Source of the DNA: Nitrospirales bacterium
Lineage (GTDB): Bacteria; Nitrospirota; Nitrospiria; Nitrospirales; UBA8639
DNA: 64,000 bases
Reading direction: 5' to 3'
Assembly (NCBI GenBank): GCA_963555755.3
Contig: OY820905.2
Coordinates: forward strand, 2,752,001-2,816,000
Below, piece after piece: positions 11,305 through 21,101 of this stretch (positions are counted from its first letter, which is position 1; each line of letters begins with the position of its first letter). The notes below the pieces were generated by a model, which was not told the DNA's origin, made no database searches, and saw nothing but the letters and a program-made list of their open reading frames with translations. Position numbers and translations under genes: made by a program.

Positions 11305-12111
11305 ATGTTCGAGCTCGTCCGAGCGACCCTTGAGTTATATCGACAGGCCTTGCGTGCCACCTTTTCCTCCTTGACCAGGAATTGGACCCTTATTGCAGCC
11401 ATTGTCGTACTCGCCATCTTGATGTTCCTCATCACGGGCGTGGCCATGTCACTAGGTATGCTCGGCGGATTTTTGTTGGGAGCCGCCAATGCCTTCGCGG
11501 TGGGAACGCTGTTGAGTCTGGTAGAGCAAGCCGTGATGACAACACGCCGAATAACCTGGGAAGATCTGTGGAAGGCAGCCGGTCAATATTTTTGGGATGT
11601 CATTTCCATTGGGTTTATTGTCTGGGTGCCATTGCAGTTTTTGGAAATCGGGATGCAAGCCAATCCCAACGGGCCTGCCATCGTCTCGGCGGTGTTTTTT
11701 CTGCTTTTTCTTTTGCTGAATCCCGTCCCGGAAATTATCTATCAAGTCCGCCTTGGTTCGCCCCTCGACAGCCTAAAGGAAAGCTATGAATTTGTACTAG
11801 AAAACTGGATTGAATGGTTTGTGCCATTAGCGGTGATTCTCGCGCCGTTTGGGCTGTCGTTCTTCTTTGTGATTTCAGGCCAAGGAGGCCGGCTCATCGG
11901 CTTGGACTTTTTGCACTTGTTGCAGCTGCCGTTTGCTGTACTGGCTCAGCTATTCCAACTTCTCGGCTTTTCCTCATCTCTCGCCACAGTGATCATCCTC
12001 ATCCTTACACCGATAGGCGTGGTCGCAATGATGTTATTTCGCGGGTTCCTCTTTTCGGCATTGCATGGATCGTCGAGACGACAACGGCAATTTCGTGCCA
12101 GGGGTTGTTGA
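11305..12111 (+). CDS. Conserved-type integral membrane protein
   Basis: About 6-7 hydrophobic segments; stop codon lies inside MITE A1. Confidence 0.8.
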   Translation: MFELVRATLELYRQALRATFSSLTRNWTLIAAIVVLAILMFLITGVAMSLGMLGGFLLGAANAFAVGTLLSLVEQAVMTTRRITWEDLWKAAGQYFWDVISIGFIVWVPLQFLEIGMQANPNGPAIVSAVFFLLFLLLNPVPEIIYQVRLGSPLDSLKESYEFVLENWIEWFVPLAVILAPFGLSFFFVISGQGGRLIGLDFLHLLQLPFAVLAQLFQLLGFSSSLATVIILILTPIGVVAMMLFRGFLFSALHGSSRRQRQFRARGC

Positions 12112-12317
12112 AAAAGCATGCCCTGAGTCTTTCCGAAGGGTCCCAGCGGCGTTCTCGGGCCTTTGTCGTGCTCACGTACTCACGTACGCTCCGCGCGCCA
12201 AAGCCCCTGCGGCCTTGCTGGAGGGCCTTTTTGAACAACCCCCTTTCCTTCTGACAATTGAAGCGGTTAGACCGTCCCTGGAAAACTCACAAAAAATATG
12301 AATTATTCAACAGTCCC
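12101..12317 (+). mobile_element. MITE family A, long form, copy A1
   Basis: Ends GGGGTTGTTGAA...TTCAACAGTCCC; TGCCA duplicated at 12096-12100 and 12318-12322; core CAGCGGCGTTCTCG...GCGGCCTTGCTGG. Confidence 0.85.
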
Positions 12318-12592
12318 TGCCAGGTCTCTTGGGTCCTAGTAGATATGAAGCGTCATGCGTAAAGCGTGATACGCAGGAGAAAAACGCGATGGAATTTCTT
12401 CCTCGCTTCACGCATGACGCTTCACGTTTCACGAAATAGACCTTAATCCAACACGTTACGGACAGGTCCTGAACAGCCCATTTTAGCGATCCTTGTGGAC
12501 CGGAAAGGCCCGTGATAATATGTCGAACCTTGCTGAAAATAGGAGAAAAAAGCTTCTTGATCAGCCTAAAATTTCACTAGTTGATATGGTTT

Positions 12593-12682
12593 GGAGAGGT
12601 GCGAGAGTGGCCGATTCGGCGTGCTTGGAAAGCACGTGTACCGGCAACGGTACCATGGGTTCGAATCCCATCCTCTCCGCCA
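12593..12682 (+). tRNA. tRNA-Ser (anticodon GGA)
   Basis: GGAGAGG...CGTGC-TT-GGA-AA-GCACG, long variable arm, GGTTCGAATCC, CCA end. Confidence 0.95.
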
Positions 12683-12726
12683 TTAGCTTGATAACTAACA
12701 GAAATGATTCGCCTCAGAGAGTCATT

Positions 12727-12858
12727 TATGGATCAAAATTCAAGCCTTGGAAGCTGATCAGTTTTGTTGGATTTTCTGAAGCTTCAAAGGCCGTTGAATT
12801 TGAACGTTACCTTAAGACGGGATCTGGGCGAGCCTTTGCTAGAAAAAGATTATTGTAA
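12727..12858 (+). pseudogene. C-terminal fragment of a small GIY-YIG nuclease-family protein
   Basis: SKFKPWKLISFVGFSEASKAVEFERYLKTGSGRAFARKRLL* resembles the end of UPF0213-like GIY-YIG proteins; N-terminal GIY/YIG half absent. Confidence 0.6.
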
Positions 12859-12916
12859 TACGACCAGATGTAGGAGGATTGTTCCAGAGCACGGAATAAT
12901 CATAAATACTCGAAAA

Positions 12917-13017
12917 GGGGCTGGGCCCTGTGCAACAGAATCTTGTGAACCCCGCCAGGTCCGGAAGGAAGCAACGGTAAGCAGGCGAGTCTGGGTGCCG
13001 CAGGATCACCTGGCCCC
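12917..13017 (+). ncRNA. ffs: Signal recognition particle RNA (4.5S)
   Basis: Conserved CCAGGTCCGGAAGGAAGCAACGG helix-8 motif, terminal GGGGC/GCCCC pairing, upstream of dnaX. Confidence 0.92.
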
Positions 13018-13026
13018 GGTTTTTAT

Positions 13027-13213
13027 GGAAATGTTCACAAAACCCCGCCAGCGGCGTTCTCGCCATTTTGCCGTGCTCACGTACTGAGAGTACGCTCCGC
13101 TCGTCAAAATGGCTGCGGCCTTGCTGGACAGGATTTTTTGAGCATTTCCAGTTGATAATGCCCATCAGAGCTTGGGCATTGATTGATCATTGAAGTAAAA
13201 TTTTCAACCGTCC
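13027..13213 (+). mobile_element. MITE family A, long form, copy A2 (degenerate ends)
   Basis: Family A core; outer end TTTTCAACCGTCC; flanks TTTAT/TTAAT. Confidence 0.7.
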
Positions 13214-13309
13214 TTAATCTCTATGCGTGAGACGTGATCCGAAATGTGTAAAGAACAATCCGTTTTCACATTCTTCGCTTCACGCTTCACGCTTCACGCT
13301 TAACGAACG

Positions 13310-15166
13310 ATGGAATACCAAGTCTCCGCTAGAAAATTTCGCCCGGGTACGTTTGACGAACTGATTGGTCAACCCCACGTCGTCCAAACGTTGCGGAATG
13401 CGATTCTGCGCAAACAAGTGGCTCATGCCTATTTGTTCTCAGGGATGCGTGGCGTGGGTAAGACAACAGTGGCCCGCATTCTCGCCAAAGCTCTCAATTG
13501 TGAAAATGGACCGACCGCCGATCCCTGCGAACAATGCGAAAGTTGCAAGGAAATCAGCCGTGGCAATTCTGTTGATGTTATTGAGATAGACGGCGCATCG
13601 AATACTGGAGTCGATGATGTCCGCGAACTTCGGGAAAATGTGAAATATGCCCCGTTTCGCGGCACCTACCGGATTTACATCATCGACGAAGTCCACATGC
13701 TTTCCAATGCTGCGTTTAACGCTTTACTGAAAACGCTGGAAGAACCGCCGGCTCATGCCATCTTTGTCTTTGCCACCACCGAAATTCATAAAATTCCCGC
13801 TACCATCACGTCACGGTGCCAGCATTTTAATTTTCGCCGCATTCCCCGCCGGGAAATTATCGCACGCCTTCAAGAGGTGGCCACACGGAATGACGTGACC
13901 ATTGAGGAGCGGAGCTTGGGCGCAATTGCTCAAGCCAGCGAAGGCAGCATGCGCGACGCGTTAAGCTTGCTGGATCAAGCCGTGGCTTTTGGTGGGAAGT
14001 CGATCGGCGATCAGGACATTGAAGACATGCTCGGCTCGGTGCCGGATGAACTGGTTCGCCGGTTGGTGGAAACCGTTGTTGGCCAAGACGCGGCAGCGGC
14101 GGTAGAGTTAGTCGGCGAAGTTATCGACCACGGGTATGATCTTCGCGTGTATTGCGGAGCCGTGGTAGAACGAATGCGCAACCTCATGATCGCTGCCGTG
14201 GTGCCTGGAGCAGCGCAAGCCGAAGGGTTGATGGACTTACCGAGTGAAGATGTTCAACACCTGATGACGGAAGCCAAAGCATTTTCCGTTGAACAATTAC
14301 AGGAGCTGTTTCAGTTGTTTGCCCAAGCGGAAGATCGGCTTCGCGTCACAGCCCATCCACGTTTTGCCTTTGAAGTGGCAGCGGTTCGAGCAGCTCGGTT
14401 GTTTCAACATAAACCGGCTGCCTCTAGCAGCCAACCCATAGACGTGGCTCCGAAACCTACGGCCCATAGGACTGGTACGGCTCAGCCAGAAGTGCCAAGG
14501 AAGCTGATTCCGGCAGGAGCCCCCTCGCCAAAGCCTCTGCCAACCCAGTCAGAACGCAGGCCTGAAACAACAGCCACTCTTGCCCAAGAAGAGCCCAGCC
14601 CGGCTCAAAAGCCGCCGCAAAAATCGAATGAGCCGCAACGAACTTCAGGGGCCACTCGAACAACCGAACGACCGCAAGTAGTATCCAAAGGGCCATTGCC
14701 AAGTCCGGCTCTGCCCAAGGGCAAACCATCGCCAGCCCTAACCCCAGCCCTTCAACCGGACGATTGGCGAAAAGTCGTCGAGTCGATGATTAAAAAATAT
14801 CCGAACATCGGCACGTTTCTGGAGATGGGTATGTTGGTCAAGGTTGAAGGGAACCAAGTCATCATCGGATTTCCGAAAACTGCGTCTGTAGCATGCTCTC
14901 GCATTCAAAAAGAAGAGAATCGGGTGCTGATCTCGACAATTTGCCAAGAGGTGGTTGGAGCCACGATCCAGCTTCGCGTGGTCGAGTTAGCAGAAAATCA
15001 GGAAAGTGGTCTGACCATCAAGCAGATGCGGGTTCAACGGCAGAAACACGATGATGACGCGTTGCTTGAAGAAGCAAAAGCCAACTCATTAGTAAAGCAA
15101 ACGATGGAGCTGTTTGGCGGAGAGGTGATCAAAGCCAGCCGCATGGTGGAGAAAAAGGAGGCATAA
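13310..15166 (+). CDS. dnaX: DNA polymerase III subunit gamma/tau
   Basis: ARKFRP, GMRGVGKTT, EIDGAS, IIDEVHML, SRCQ; Pro-rich linker and C-terminal domain. Confidence 0.97.
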   Translation: MEYQVSARKFRPGTFDELIGQPHVVQTLRNAILRKQVAHAYLFSGMRGVGKTTVARILAKALNCENGPTADPCEQCESCKEISRGNSVDVIEIDGASNTGVDDVRELRENVKYAPFRGTYRIYIIDEVHMLSNAAFNALLKTLEEPPAHAIFVFATTEIHKIPATITSRCQHFNFRRIPRREIIARLQEVATRNDVTIEERSLGAIAQASEGSMRDALSLLDQAVAFGGKSIGDQDIEDMLGSVPDELVRRLVETVVGQDAAAAVELVGEVIDHGYDLRVYCGAVVERMRNLMIAAVVPGAAQAEGLMDLPSEDVQHLMTEAKAFSVEQLQELFQLFAQAEDRLRVTAHPRFAFEVAAVRAARLFQHKPAASSSQPIDVAPKPTAHRTGTAQPEVPRKLIPAGAPSPKPLPTQSERRPETTATLAQEEPSPAQKPPQKSNEPQRTSGATRTTERPQVVSKGPLPSPALPKGKPSPALTPALQPDDWRKVVESMIKKYPNIGTFLEMGMLVKVEGNQVIIGFPKTASVACSRIQKEENRVLISTICQEVVGATIQLRVVELAENQESGLTIKQMRVQRQKHDDDALLEEAKANSLVKQTMELFGGEVIKASRMVEKKEA

Positions 15167-15168
15167 GC

Positions 15169-15495
15169 ATGTCGAAGAATCCATTTGGAAATATGGCCGA
15201 TATGATGAAACAGGCGCAGGCCATGCAGGAGCGGTTAGGCAAGATTCAAGAAGAGGCCGAGACCAAAACAGTGGAGGCTTCAGCTGGCGGCGGCATGGTC
15301 ACGATCACGGCCAATGGTGGCATGAAGATTATCAAAATCGCCATCGATCCTGAGGTCTTAAAATCCGAGGATCCCGAGATGCTTCAGGATTTATTGGTGG
15401 CGGCCACGAACGAAGCCCTTCGCAAAGCCAAAGAACTCATGGCTGAAGAGGTAAAAGGGCTCACCGGCGGAATGGGCATCCCAGGCATGTTCTAG
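15169..15495 (+). CDS. ybaB: YbaB/EbfC nucleoid-associated protein
   Basis: MKQAQAMQ, AGGGMV, EMLQDL; dnaX-ybaB-recR synteny. Confidence 0.95.
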   Translation: MSKNPFGNMADMMKQAQAMQERLGKIQEEAETKTVEASAGGGMVTITANGGMKIIKIAIDPEVLKSEDPEMLQDLLVAATNEALRKAKELMAEEVKGLTGGMGIPGMF

Positions 15496-15496
15496 C

Positions 15497-15616
15497 CAGG
15501 ATGTTCAAAATGTCCACCAGCGGCGTTCTCGGGCCTTTGTCGTGCTCACGTACTGGTGTACGCTCCGCGCGCCAAAGTCCCTGCGGCCTTGCTGGACGGC
15601 CATTTTGAACATCCTG
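15497..15616 (+). mobile_element. MITE family A, short form, copy A3
   Basis: Perfect IR CAGGATGTTCAAAATG...CATTTTGAACATCCTG around the family A core, just after the ybaB TAG stop. Confidence 0.8.
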
Positions 15617-15656
15617 AATGAATGACATAATACGGATGAAGGTTTGGTGAAGGCGC

Positions 15657-16265
15657 ATGAGTATTCAGCAACAGGAACAAGGGCTTCTAGCAAAACTCGT
15701 GAAAGAGTTTGTCCGCTTGCCGGGTATCGGGCAAAAGACCGCTCAGCGGTTAGCGTTTCATATGATGAAGGCGAATACAGACGACGCGCTACGATTAGCC
15801 AACGCCATTCGCGATGTCAAAGAATTCGTGACCTTTTGCGTGCAATGCCGCAACATTGCGGAAAGCGAGTTGTGCGAGATCTGCCAAGATCCGAAACGGG
15901 ACCGCACAAAAATCCTGGTTGTCGAAGAACCCAGCACGCTGTATGCAATTGATCAAAGCCGAAGTTACAAAGGCTTGTATCACGTATTGATGGGATCGCT
16001 CTCACCGCTGGATGGCGTGGGGCCATCCGATATTCGCCTAAAAGAGTTGGAACTGCGAGTCCAAGGTGGGGGGATAGAGGAAATCATCGTGGCCACCAAC
16101 CCCACCATTGAAGGTGAGGCTACGGCCATCTATCTCACCAAAGTGCTCAAGCCTTACGGGGTCAAAGTGTCTCGGATTGCCTATGGCATTCCCGTTGGCA
16201 TGGATATCGAATACGCCGACGAAGTCACGCTGACCAAATCAATCGAAGGCCGCCGAGAACTCTAG
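15657..16265 (+). CDS. recR: Recombination mediator RecR
   Basis: LPGIGQKTAQRLA HhH, C4 zinc finger, TOPRIM ATNPTIEGEATA. Confidence 0.97.
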   Translation: MSIQQQEQGLLAKLVKEFVRLPGIGQKTAQRLAFHMMKANTDDALRLANAIRDVKEFVTFCVQCRNIAESELCEICQDPKRDRTKILVVEEPSTLYAIDQSRSYKGLYHVLMGSLSPLDGVGPSDIRLKELELRVQGGGIEEIIVATNPTIEGEATAIYLTKVLKPYGVKVSRIAYGIPVGMDIEYADEVTLTKSIEGRREL

Positions 16266-16400
16266 GAGCCATTCCAAGATTAGACGGATCTACTGCGGGC
16301 GCCGGATTCGTTATCCGTGATGCGTAATGCGTGGAAGAAACTCCATTACGGTCTTTTCCCTTCGCTTCACGGATTACGCTTCACACATGACGTGCCCCTC

Positions 16401-17105
16401 TTAAGCCCCCAATAATCTCGCAAAATCTTCCAAATCGGTTTTCCAGCGCTTACCTGATGGATCATCGGCTTTTGCAAATTGGGAAAGTCCTTTAAGGACG
16501 CTGCGTCGAGTCCCCTCGCCTGCCAACCCATCAGCAAACAGTTTCGGGATTCGTAACCCTTGTGAAACGCGGAACAAATTCGCTTGTTCCAATTTCGAAA
16601 GACCAAGATGCGTCACCATACGTTTCAGACGACCTTGCCCTTCTTTCGTAAAGGTCTCAATCACGCACGCACACAAACCGCCGACGTTGTAGCATTCTGA
16701 AGGCGACAGTTGGCTCAGCCCCTTCAAAGACGTGTTCGTTTTTGCCGGCTGTGCACCCTTCGACTTGACCGTGTTCTTTGCGGTCGGAGTTTTTGATGGA
16801 GCCACTTTCTGCGCGGTTTTTTGTTTTGTGGCCGTAGCGTTCTTTTTCTTACTTTGAGAGGATGACGCAACTTTTTTCTTTTTCGAAGAAGGAGCTGGTT
16901 GAGCCTTCTTGGCGGACGAAGAAGATTTCATAGACTTGGCCACAGGTTTTTTCTGGGAGATAGCCTTTTTACTCTGAGCTGTTTTGGCTTTGGTTGTGCC
17001 TTTTGCGATGCTGGATTTTTTCTTGGTCGAAGGCCGGCTTTTGGCGACGACCCTTGAGGCTTTGGCTTTTCCAGAAGATTTGCTAGGTTTCTTTTTTGTG
17101 GCCAT
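16401..17105 (-). CDS. Lys/Ser/Ala-rich histone H1-like protein with folded C-terminal domain
   Basis: MATKKKPSKSSGK... about 130 aa basic low-complexity region, then ECYNVGGLCAC domain; GAGG SD upstream of ATG 17105. Confidence 0.75.
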   Translation of the reverse strand: MATKKKPSKSSGKAKASRVVAKSRPSTKKKSSIAKGTTKAKTAQSKKAISQKKPVAKSMKSSSSAKKAQPAPSSKKKKVASSSQSKKKNATATKQKTAQKVAPSKTPTAKNTVKSKGAQPAKTNTSLKGLSQLSPSECYNVGGLCACVIETFTKEGQGRLKRMVTHLGLSKLEQANLFRVSQGLRIPKLFADGLAGEGTRRSVLKGLSQFAKADDPSGKRWKTDLEDFARLLGA

Positions 17106-17200
17106 AAGTAATTCCTCTCTATAGTAACAGTCGATGAACGAGCGAAGAAAAATAATCCGGTCAGGGAATATAGCCCTTTGCCAATGGTGGAGCAAGAATA

Positions 17201-18787
17201 CCCAAGATCCGCGATGGATTTATTTTGGGCATAAAAAAACCTCGTTGATTTGCTAAGATACGGGTGCCCACCCACTTAGCCACTCCTCACCAACGAGGTG
17301 AAACGAATGATGCCACAAACCGTTCTTCCGTTCAAGCTTGAGCCCACCGACGAACAGCTCACCGCTCATGGCGGGCTGGCGCTGTTCGGGGAGTTTCTCC
17401 AAGCCATGAATGTGCCCCGGCAACTCAATGCGGCCTTGCCCGCGCCCGGGAGCCGCATCGGCTATCACCCCGCCCAATTTGTCGAGCCCCTGCTGCTGAT
17501 GTTGCATGGCGGGGGCCGGACGCTGGAGGATCTGCGCCAGATTCGCGAGGATGCGGGCTTGCGGGCCGTGCTGCGACTCCCCGTGGTTCCCAGTGCCGAT
17601 GCCACGGGCGATTGGCTGCGACGCATGGGGGAGAAGGATGGTTTAGCAAGTTTAGCCGTCGTCAATCAGCAGCAGATCCGGCGGGCGTTGAAGCGGGAAC
17701 CGCGCACGGACTATACCCTCGATCTTGATGCCACGCAGATTGTCGCGGAGAAGCAGGCAGCCAAATGGACGTACAAGGGGGAGCGAGGCTATCTGCCGAT
17801 GCTGGGGCACCTGGCGGAAAATGGGCTGGTGCTTGGGGAGGAGTTTCGTGAAGGGAATGAGGCTCCGGCGTCCCGCAATCTTGAATTCACCCAGGCGTGT
17901 GCGGCGCAGATGCCCAAAGGCAAACGGATTGCTCATGTGCGGGCGGATAGTGCGGCGTACCAAGCGGAGTTGTTCAATTGGTGCGAGGAGCACAACGTGA
18001 CGTTTGCGATTGGGGGCGTGCAGGATACGGCCGTGCAGGCCGCCATTGCCGCCATCCCTGAGAGCCAGTGGCAACCCTACCGAGATGGCCATCTCGCTGA
18101 AACGGTACATTGTATGGCGAAGACCAAGCAAGCCTTTCGCCTCATCGTATTGCGACGGCCCGTGCAACAGGATCTGTTTGCCCCCGAGGCCCCCAGCCTG
18201 CGCTACACGCTGATTGCGACGAACCGAGATGGAACCCCTGAGGAGATTGTACGATGGTACAACCAGCGGGGCGAGACCAGCGAGAATCGCATCAAAGAAC
18301 TGAAGAGTGGCTTTGGCATGGAACGGCTTCCGTGTGGGACCTTCGCGGCCAATGCCGTCTTCTTTCGCATTGGCGTGTTAGCCTACAACCTGTTTGTGTT
18401 GTTCAAGTTGTTGGCGTTGCCCTATGCCTGGAGCCAGTGCCAAGTGCGCACGGTGCGTTGGCGGCTGTATCAGGTGGCGGGCAAAGTGGTCCGGCATGCT
18501 GGTGCCGTGATCCTCAAAGTGCAACAACAGCTGTGGGGCTTGTGTGAGGAGATTCGGACGCGCTGTGCAGAAGCTGCCCAGCCTTATTAAGCCGGGGCAG
18601 GGGACAGCACAAGAGAAGAAGGAAGCAGGAAGGGAGTGGTCTGCCCAAAAGGCTGGTCGATCCCATGTCAGGACAGGCAACTCTGGGAGGTGGCTCAAAT
18701 CCAGCCAGACCATTGACTAAGCAACGGCGCGAACACGTGGGTTTTGCCAAAGGACCTCTGTTGACCAAACCCATCGCGGATCTTGGG
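17201..18787 (+). mobile_element. IS1380-family insertion sequence, apparently intact
   Basis: Perfect 17-bp TIR CCCAAGATCCGCGATGG, 5-bp target duplication GAATA, single transposase ORF. Confidence 0.93.
17298..18590 (+). CDS. IS1380-family DDE transposase
   Basis: LTAHGGL, TLDLDAT, VRADSA, YNQRGETSENRIKELK motifs. Confidence 0.9.
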   Translation: MKRMMPQTVLPFKLEPTDEQLTAHGGLALFGEFLQAMNVPRQLNAALPAPGSRIGYHPAQFVEPLLLMLHGGGRTLEDLRQIREDAGLRAVLRLPVVPSADATGDWLRRMGEKDGLASLAVVNQQQIRRALKREPRTDYTLDLDATQIVAEKQAAKWTYKGERGYLPMLGHLAENGLVLGEEFREGNEAPASRNLEFTQACAAQMPKGKRIAHVRADSAAYQAELFNWCEEHNVTFAIGGVQDTAVQAAIAAIPESQWQPYRDGHLAETVHCMAKTKQAFRLIVLRRPVQQDLFAPEAPSLRYTLIATNRDGTPEEIVRWYNQRGETSENRIKELKSGFGMERLPCGTFAANAVFFRIGVLAYNLFVLFKLLALPYAWSQCQVRTVRWRLYQVAGKVVRHAGAVILKVQQQLWGLCEEIRTRCAEAAQPY

Positions 18788-18835
18788 GAATAACATCGGG
18801 TGGCCTTTTTGTCGCGGTATGGTAGGATGCCCTTC

Positions 18836-19648
18836 ATGCCAATTATCAACCTGCCTTCACCTTCCGAGCTGCAGGCGTTCAAGAAAATCGCCATTGAAGC
18901 AGCCCAGGTTGGCGGCGAGATTCTGCAAAAATACGCCAAGGCAGGCTTTGCTATCGAACACAAAACTCGGTTGAGTCTGGTGACCGATGCCGACAAAGAA
19001 TCGGAACACACCATTGTCGCCTTGATCAAGAACGCCTATCCCACCCATCAAATTTTGGCCGAAGAAGAAGGGATACATTCCGATCAGCAGTCCCCGTATA
19101 AATGGGTTATTGATCCTTTGGATGGCACCACAAACTTCACCCATGGCTTCCCGTTGTATAACGTCTCGATAGGGTTGGAATATGAGGGAACATGTATTGT
19201 GGGGGTGGTGCTAGACCCGACTCGCCCCGAACTGTTTGTGGGAGTGCGAAACGAAGGGGCCACGTGCAATGGGCAACCCATTCGAGTATCTCAAGTTTCC
19301 GAGCTTGGCAAATCGTTACTCGTCACCGGATTCGGATACGATGTGGCAGAGACAGCCGACAACAATCTCGATGAGTTTTGCCGCTTCACCCTCAGAACCC
19401 AAGGCATCCGACGAACCGGCTCCGCAGCCATAGACCTATGCTACGTCGCCAGTGGGCGATTTGACGGATTTTGGGAAATGAAACTCAACCCCTGGGACAC
19501 CGCCGCTGGAGTCGTGATTCTCGAAGAAGCCGGGGGGAAACTCACGAACTACGACGGCGGGCCCTACTCCATTTACAGCAAAAAAATGATCGCCAGTAAT
19601 GGGTTGGTGCATGAACAAATCATTAAAGTATTGCAGTCGCCTGGGTAA
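18836..19648 (+). CDS. suhB: Inositol monophosphatase family protein
   Basis: WVIDPLDGTTNF, RRTGSAAIDLCYVA, WDTAAG; start uncertain (18827 or 18836). Confidence 0.9.
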   Translation: MPIINLPSPSELQAFKKIAIEAAQVGGEILQKYAKAGFAIEHKTRLSLVTDADKESEHTIVALIKNAYPTHQILAEEEGIHSDQQSPYKWVIDPLDGTTNFTHGFPLYNVSIGLEYEGTCIVGVVLDPTRPELFVGVRNEGATCNGQPIRVSQVSELGKSLLVTGFGYDVAETADNNLDEFCRFTLRTQGIRRTGSAAIDLCYVASGRFDGFWEMKLNPWDTAAGVVILEEAGGKLTNYDGGPYSIYSKKMIASNGLVHEQIIKVLQSPG

Positions 19649-19698
19649 CATGCATCGAAAGATCATCCGCCCTTAACTACTTATATAGTAGGTGAGAA

Positions 19699-19932
19699 AT
19701 GGAGCAACGATTTCGGGATATGATCCTCGCCCACTCTGGGGAAGACCGATTAAAGATGGGATGTTCCATGCATGCAATGGCGCAAGCACGAGTTAAAGCA
19801 TCACTAAAAGAAAGAAACCCAAATTTTACGCTGAGTGAACTACGGCAAGAACTCTTTCTCCGATTTTATGAAAAAGATTTTGATTCAAAAACGATTGAGA
19901 AAATATTAACTTATTTGGAAATTTCAAAATGA
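19699..19932 (+). CDS. Small helical hypothetical protein
   Basis: AT-rich 77-aa ORF with AGGTGAG upstream; SGEDRLKMGCSM...LFLRFY. Confidence 0.55.
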   Translation: MEQRFRDMILAHSGEDRLKMGCSMHAMAQARVKASLKERNPNFTLSELRQELFLRFYEKDFDSKTIEKILTYLEISK

Positions 19933-19940
19933 TTTTCCTG

Positions 19941-20046
19941 CTTCGACTGGCCTATCCTGAGCAAAGTCGAAGGGCTCAGCACGAACGGATGTTTTTCCTC
20001 TTCGTCCTGCCGCCCTCGAAACCTATCCAGAACTTTGTCGAAGGGG
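19941..20046. repeat. REP-like units (CTTCGAC...GCTCAG / CTGAGC...GTCGAAGGG type)
   Basis: CTTCGACTGGCCTATCCTGAGCAAAGTCGAAGGGCTCAGCACGAACGG ... CTATCCAGAACTTTGTCGAAGGG; nested palindromic units. Confidence 0.5.
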
Positions 20047-20089
20047 ACAAACCGGGATCTTTAAATCTGAAACGTAAGGGCCCTTGCAC

Positions 20090-20902
20090 ATGAAATACTT
20101 GGTAAAATTTCTTCTTTTAATCGTAGGACTTGGCATTATCGCGATCATCGTTGTGAGTATGTCGTTAAATGGACTCGTCAAATCCGGCGTCGAGACTATG
20201 GGCCCGAAAATGATGGGAGTCCCAGTTACCTTGGGCGAGGTGGACATCTCCCTACTGTCTGGTGGTACAGACATGCGGGCCAGTCTCAACGAACTCATCA
20301 TTAAAAATCCTGAAGAGTATGAGACCGACTATGCATTTTCCCTCCCAAGCATTCGCATCAGGGTGAATCGCAACTCTGTGTTGACTGATACCGTCATCGT
20401 CGAAGAAATATTGATCGAAGGCCCGGCCATCACTTTCGAAGGTTCATTGCTGGGCAGTAATCTTGGCGATATTCAAGACAACCTCACACGCAACACTCGA
20501 CCTGTTTCAAATCACGAAGCGAAAGAGGAAGAGAAGGATGAAAAGCATGAGGAAGGGGACGAACCAGAGCCAGAGCCAGAGAAAAAGGTTCACATAAAAA
20601 AAGTAACCATAAAAAATGCCACGATCAACCTGAGCCTCTTCGGCGGGAAAATCGATCCCATTCAATTGACCTTGCCAGATTTTGAACTACACGATATTGG
20701 CAAAGAATCCGGTGGCACCAGCTTCCAAAAAGCGTCAGCCAAAATTTTCGATGCGATTTATGCCTCCACCATCAAAGCCGTCATGAAGTCCGGCAAGCTC
20801 ATTCCCAAGAGCCTGGAGGAGTTCGGAAAAACAGCTGAGGAATTGGGGGAGTCGGCGGAGAAGGTGGGGAAGGAACTATTAAAAGGTTTATTTAATAAAT
20901 AA
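20090..20902 (+). CDS. Membrane-anchored AsmA/DUF748-like protein
   Basis: N-terminal TM anchor, GVPVTLGEVDISLL, IKNPEEY, SNL motif, acidic linker. Confidence 0.6.
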   Translation: MKYLVKFLLLIVGLGIIAIIVVSMSLNGLVKSGVETMGPKMMGVPVTLGEVDISLLSGGTDMRASLNELIIKNPEEYETDYAFSLPSIRIRVNRNSVLTDTVIVEEILIEGPAITFEGSLLGSNLGDIQDNLTRNTRPVSNHEAKEEEKDEKHEEGDEPEPEPEKKVHIKKVTIKNATINLSLFGGKIDPIQLTLPDFELHDIGKESGGTSFQKASAKIFDAIYASTIKAVMKSGKLIPKSLEEFGKTAEELGESAEKVGKELLKGLFNK

Positions 20903-21101
20903 TGATAAGCAACAGGCTTTACGAATTGTCATTTCGACCAGAGGGAGAAATCTAGTTTTTTCTTACCCCTTGGTCACAATTTGAAAGATTAAAACTAATA
21001 GGATTTCGCTGAAATTTATCTTTGCCGGGTTTCGCCCCGGCATATAATAAAACTGGATTCCGATTTTGGGAAATAGTGGAGTGACGTGCTAGAAAATAAA
21101 C

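Noticed and set aside
12493..12858. 121-aa ORF in the track
   Set aside because: It runs through tRNA-Ser; only the last ~40 codons look protein-derived (GIY-YIG fragment)
13275..13305. Tandem CGCTTCA repeats as a CRISPR array
   Set aside because: 7-nt units with no spacers and no cas genes in the window
13310..15166. Programmed frameshift producing a gamma subunit in dnaX
   Set aside because: No internal A-AAA-AAG or long poly-A slippery site seen in the linker region
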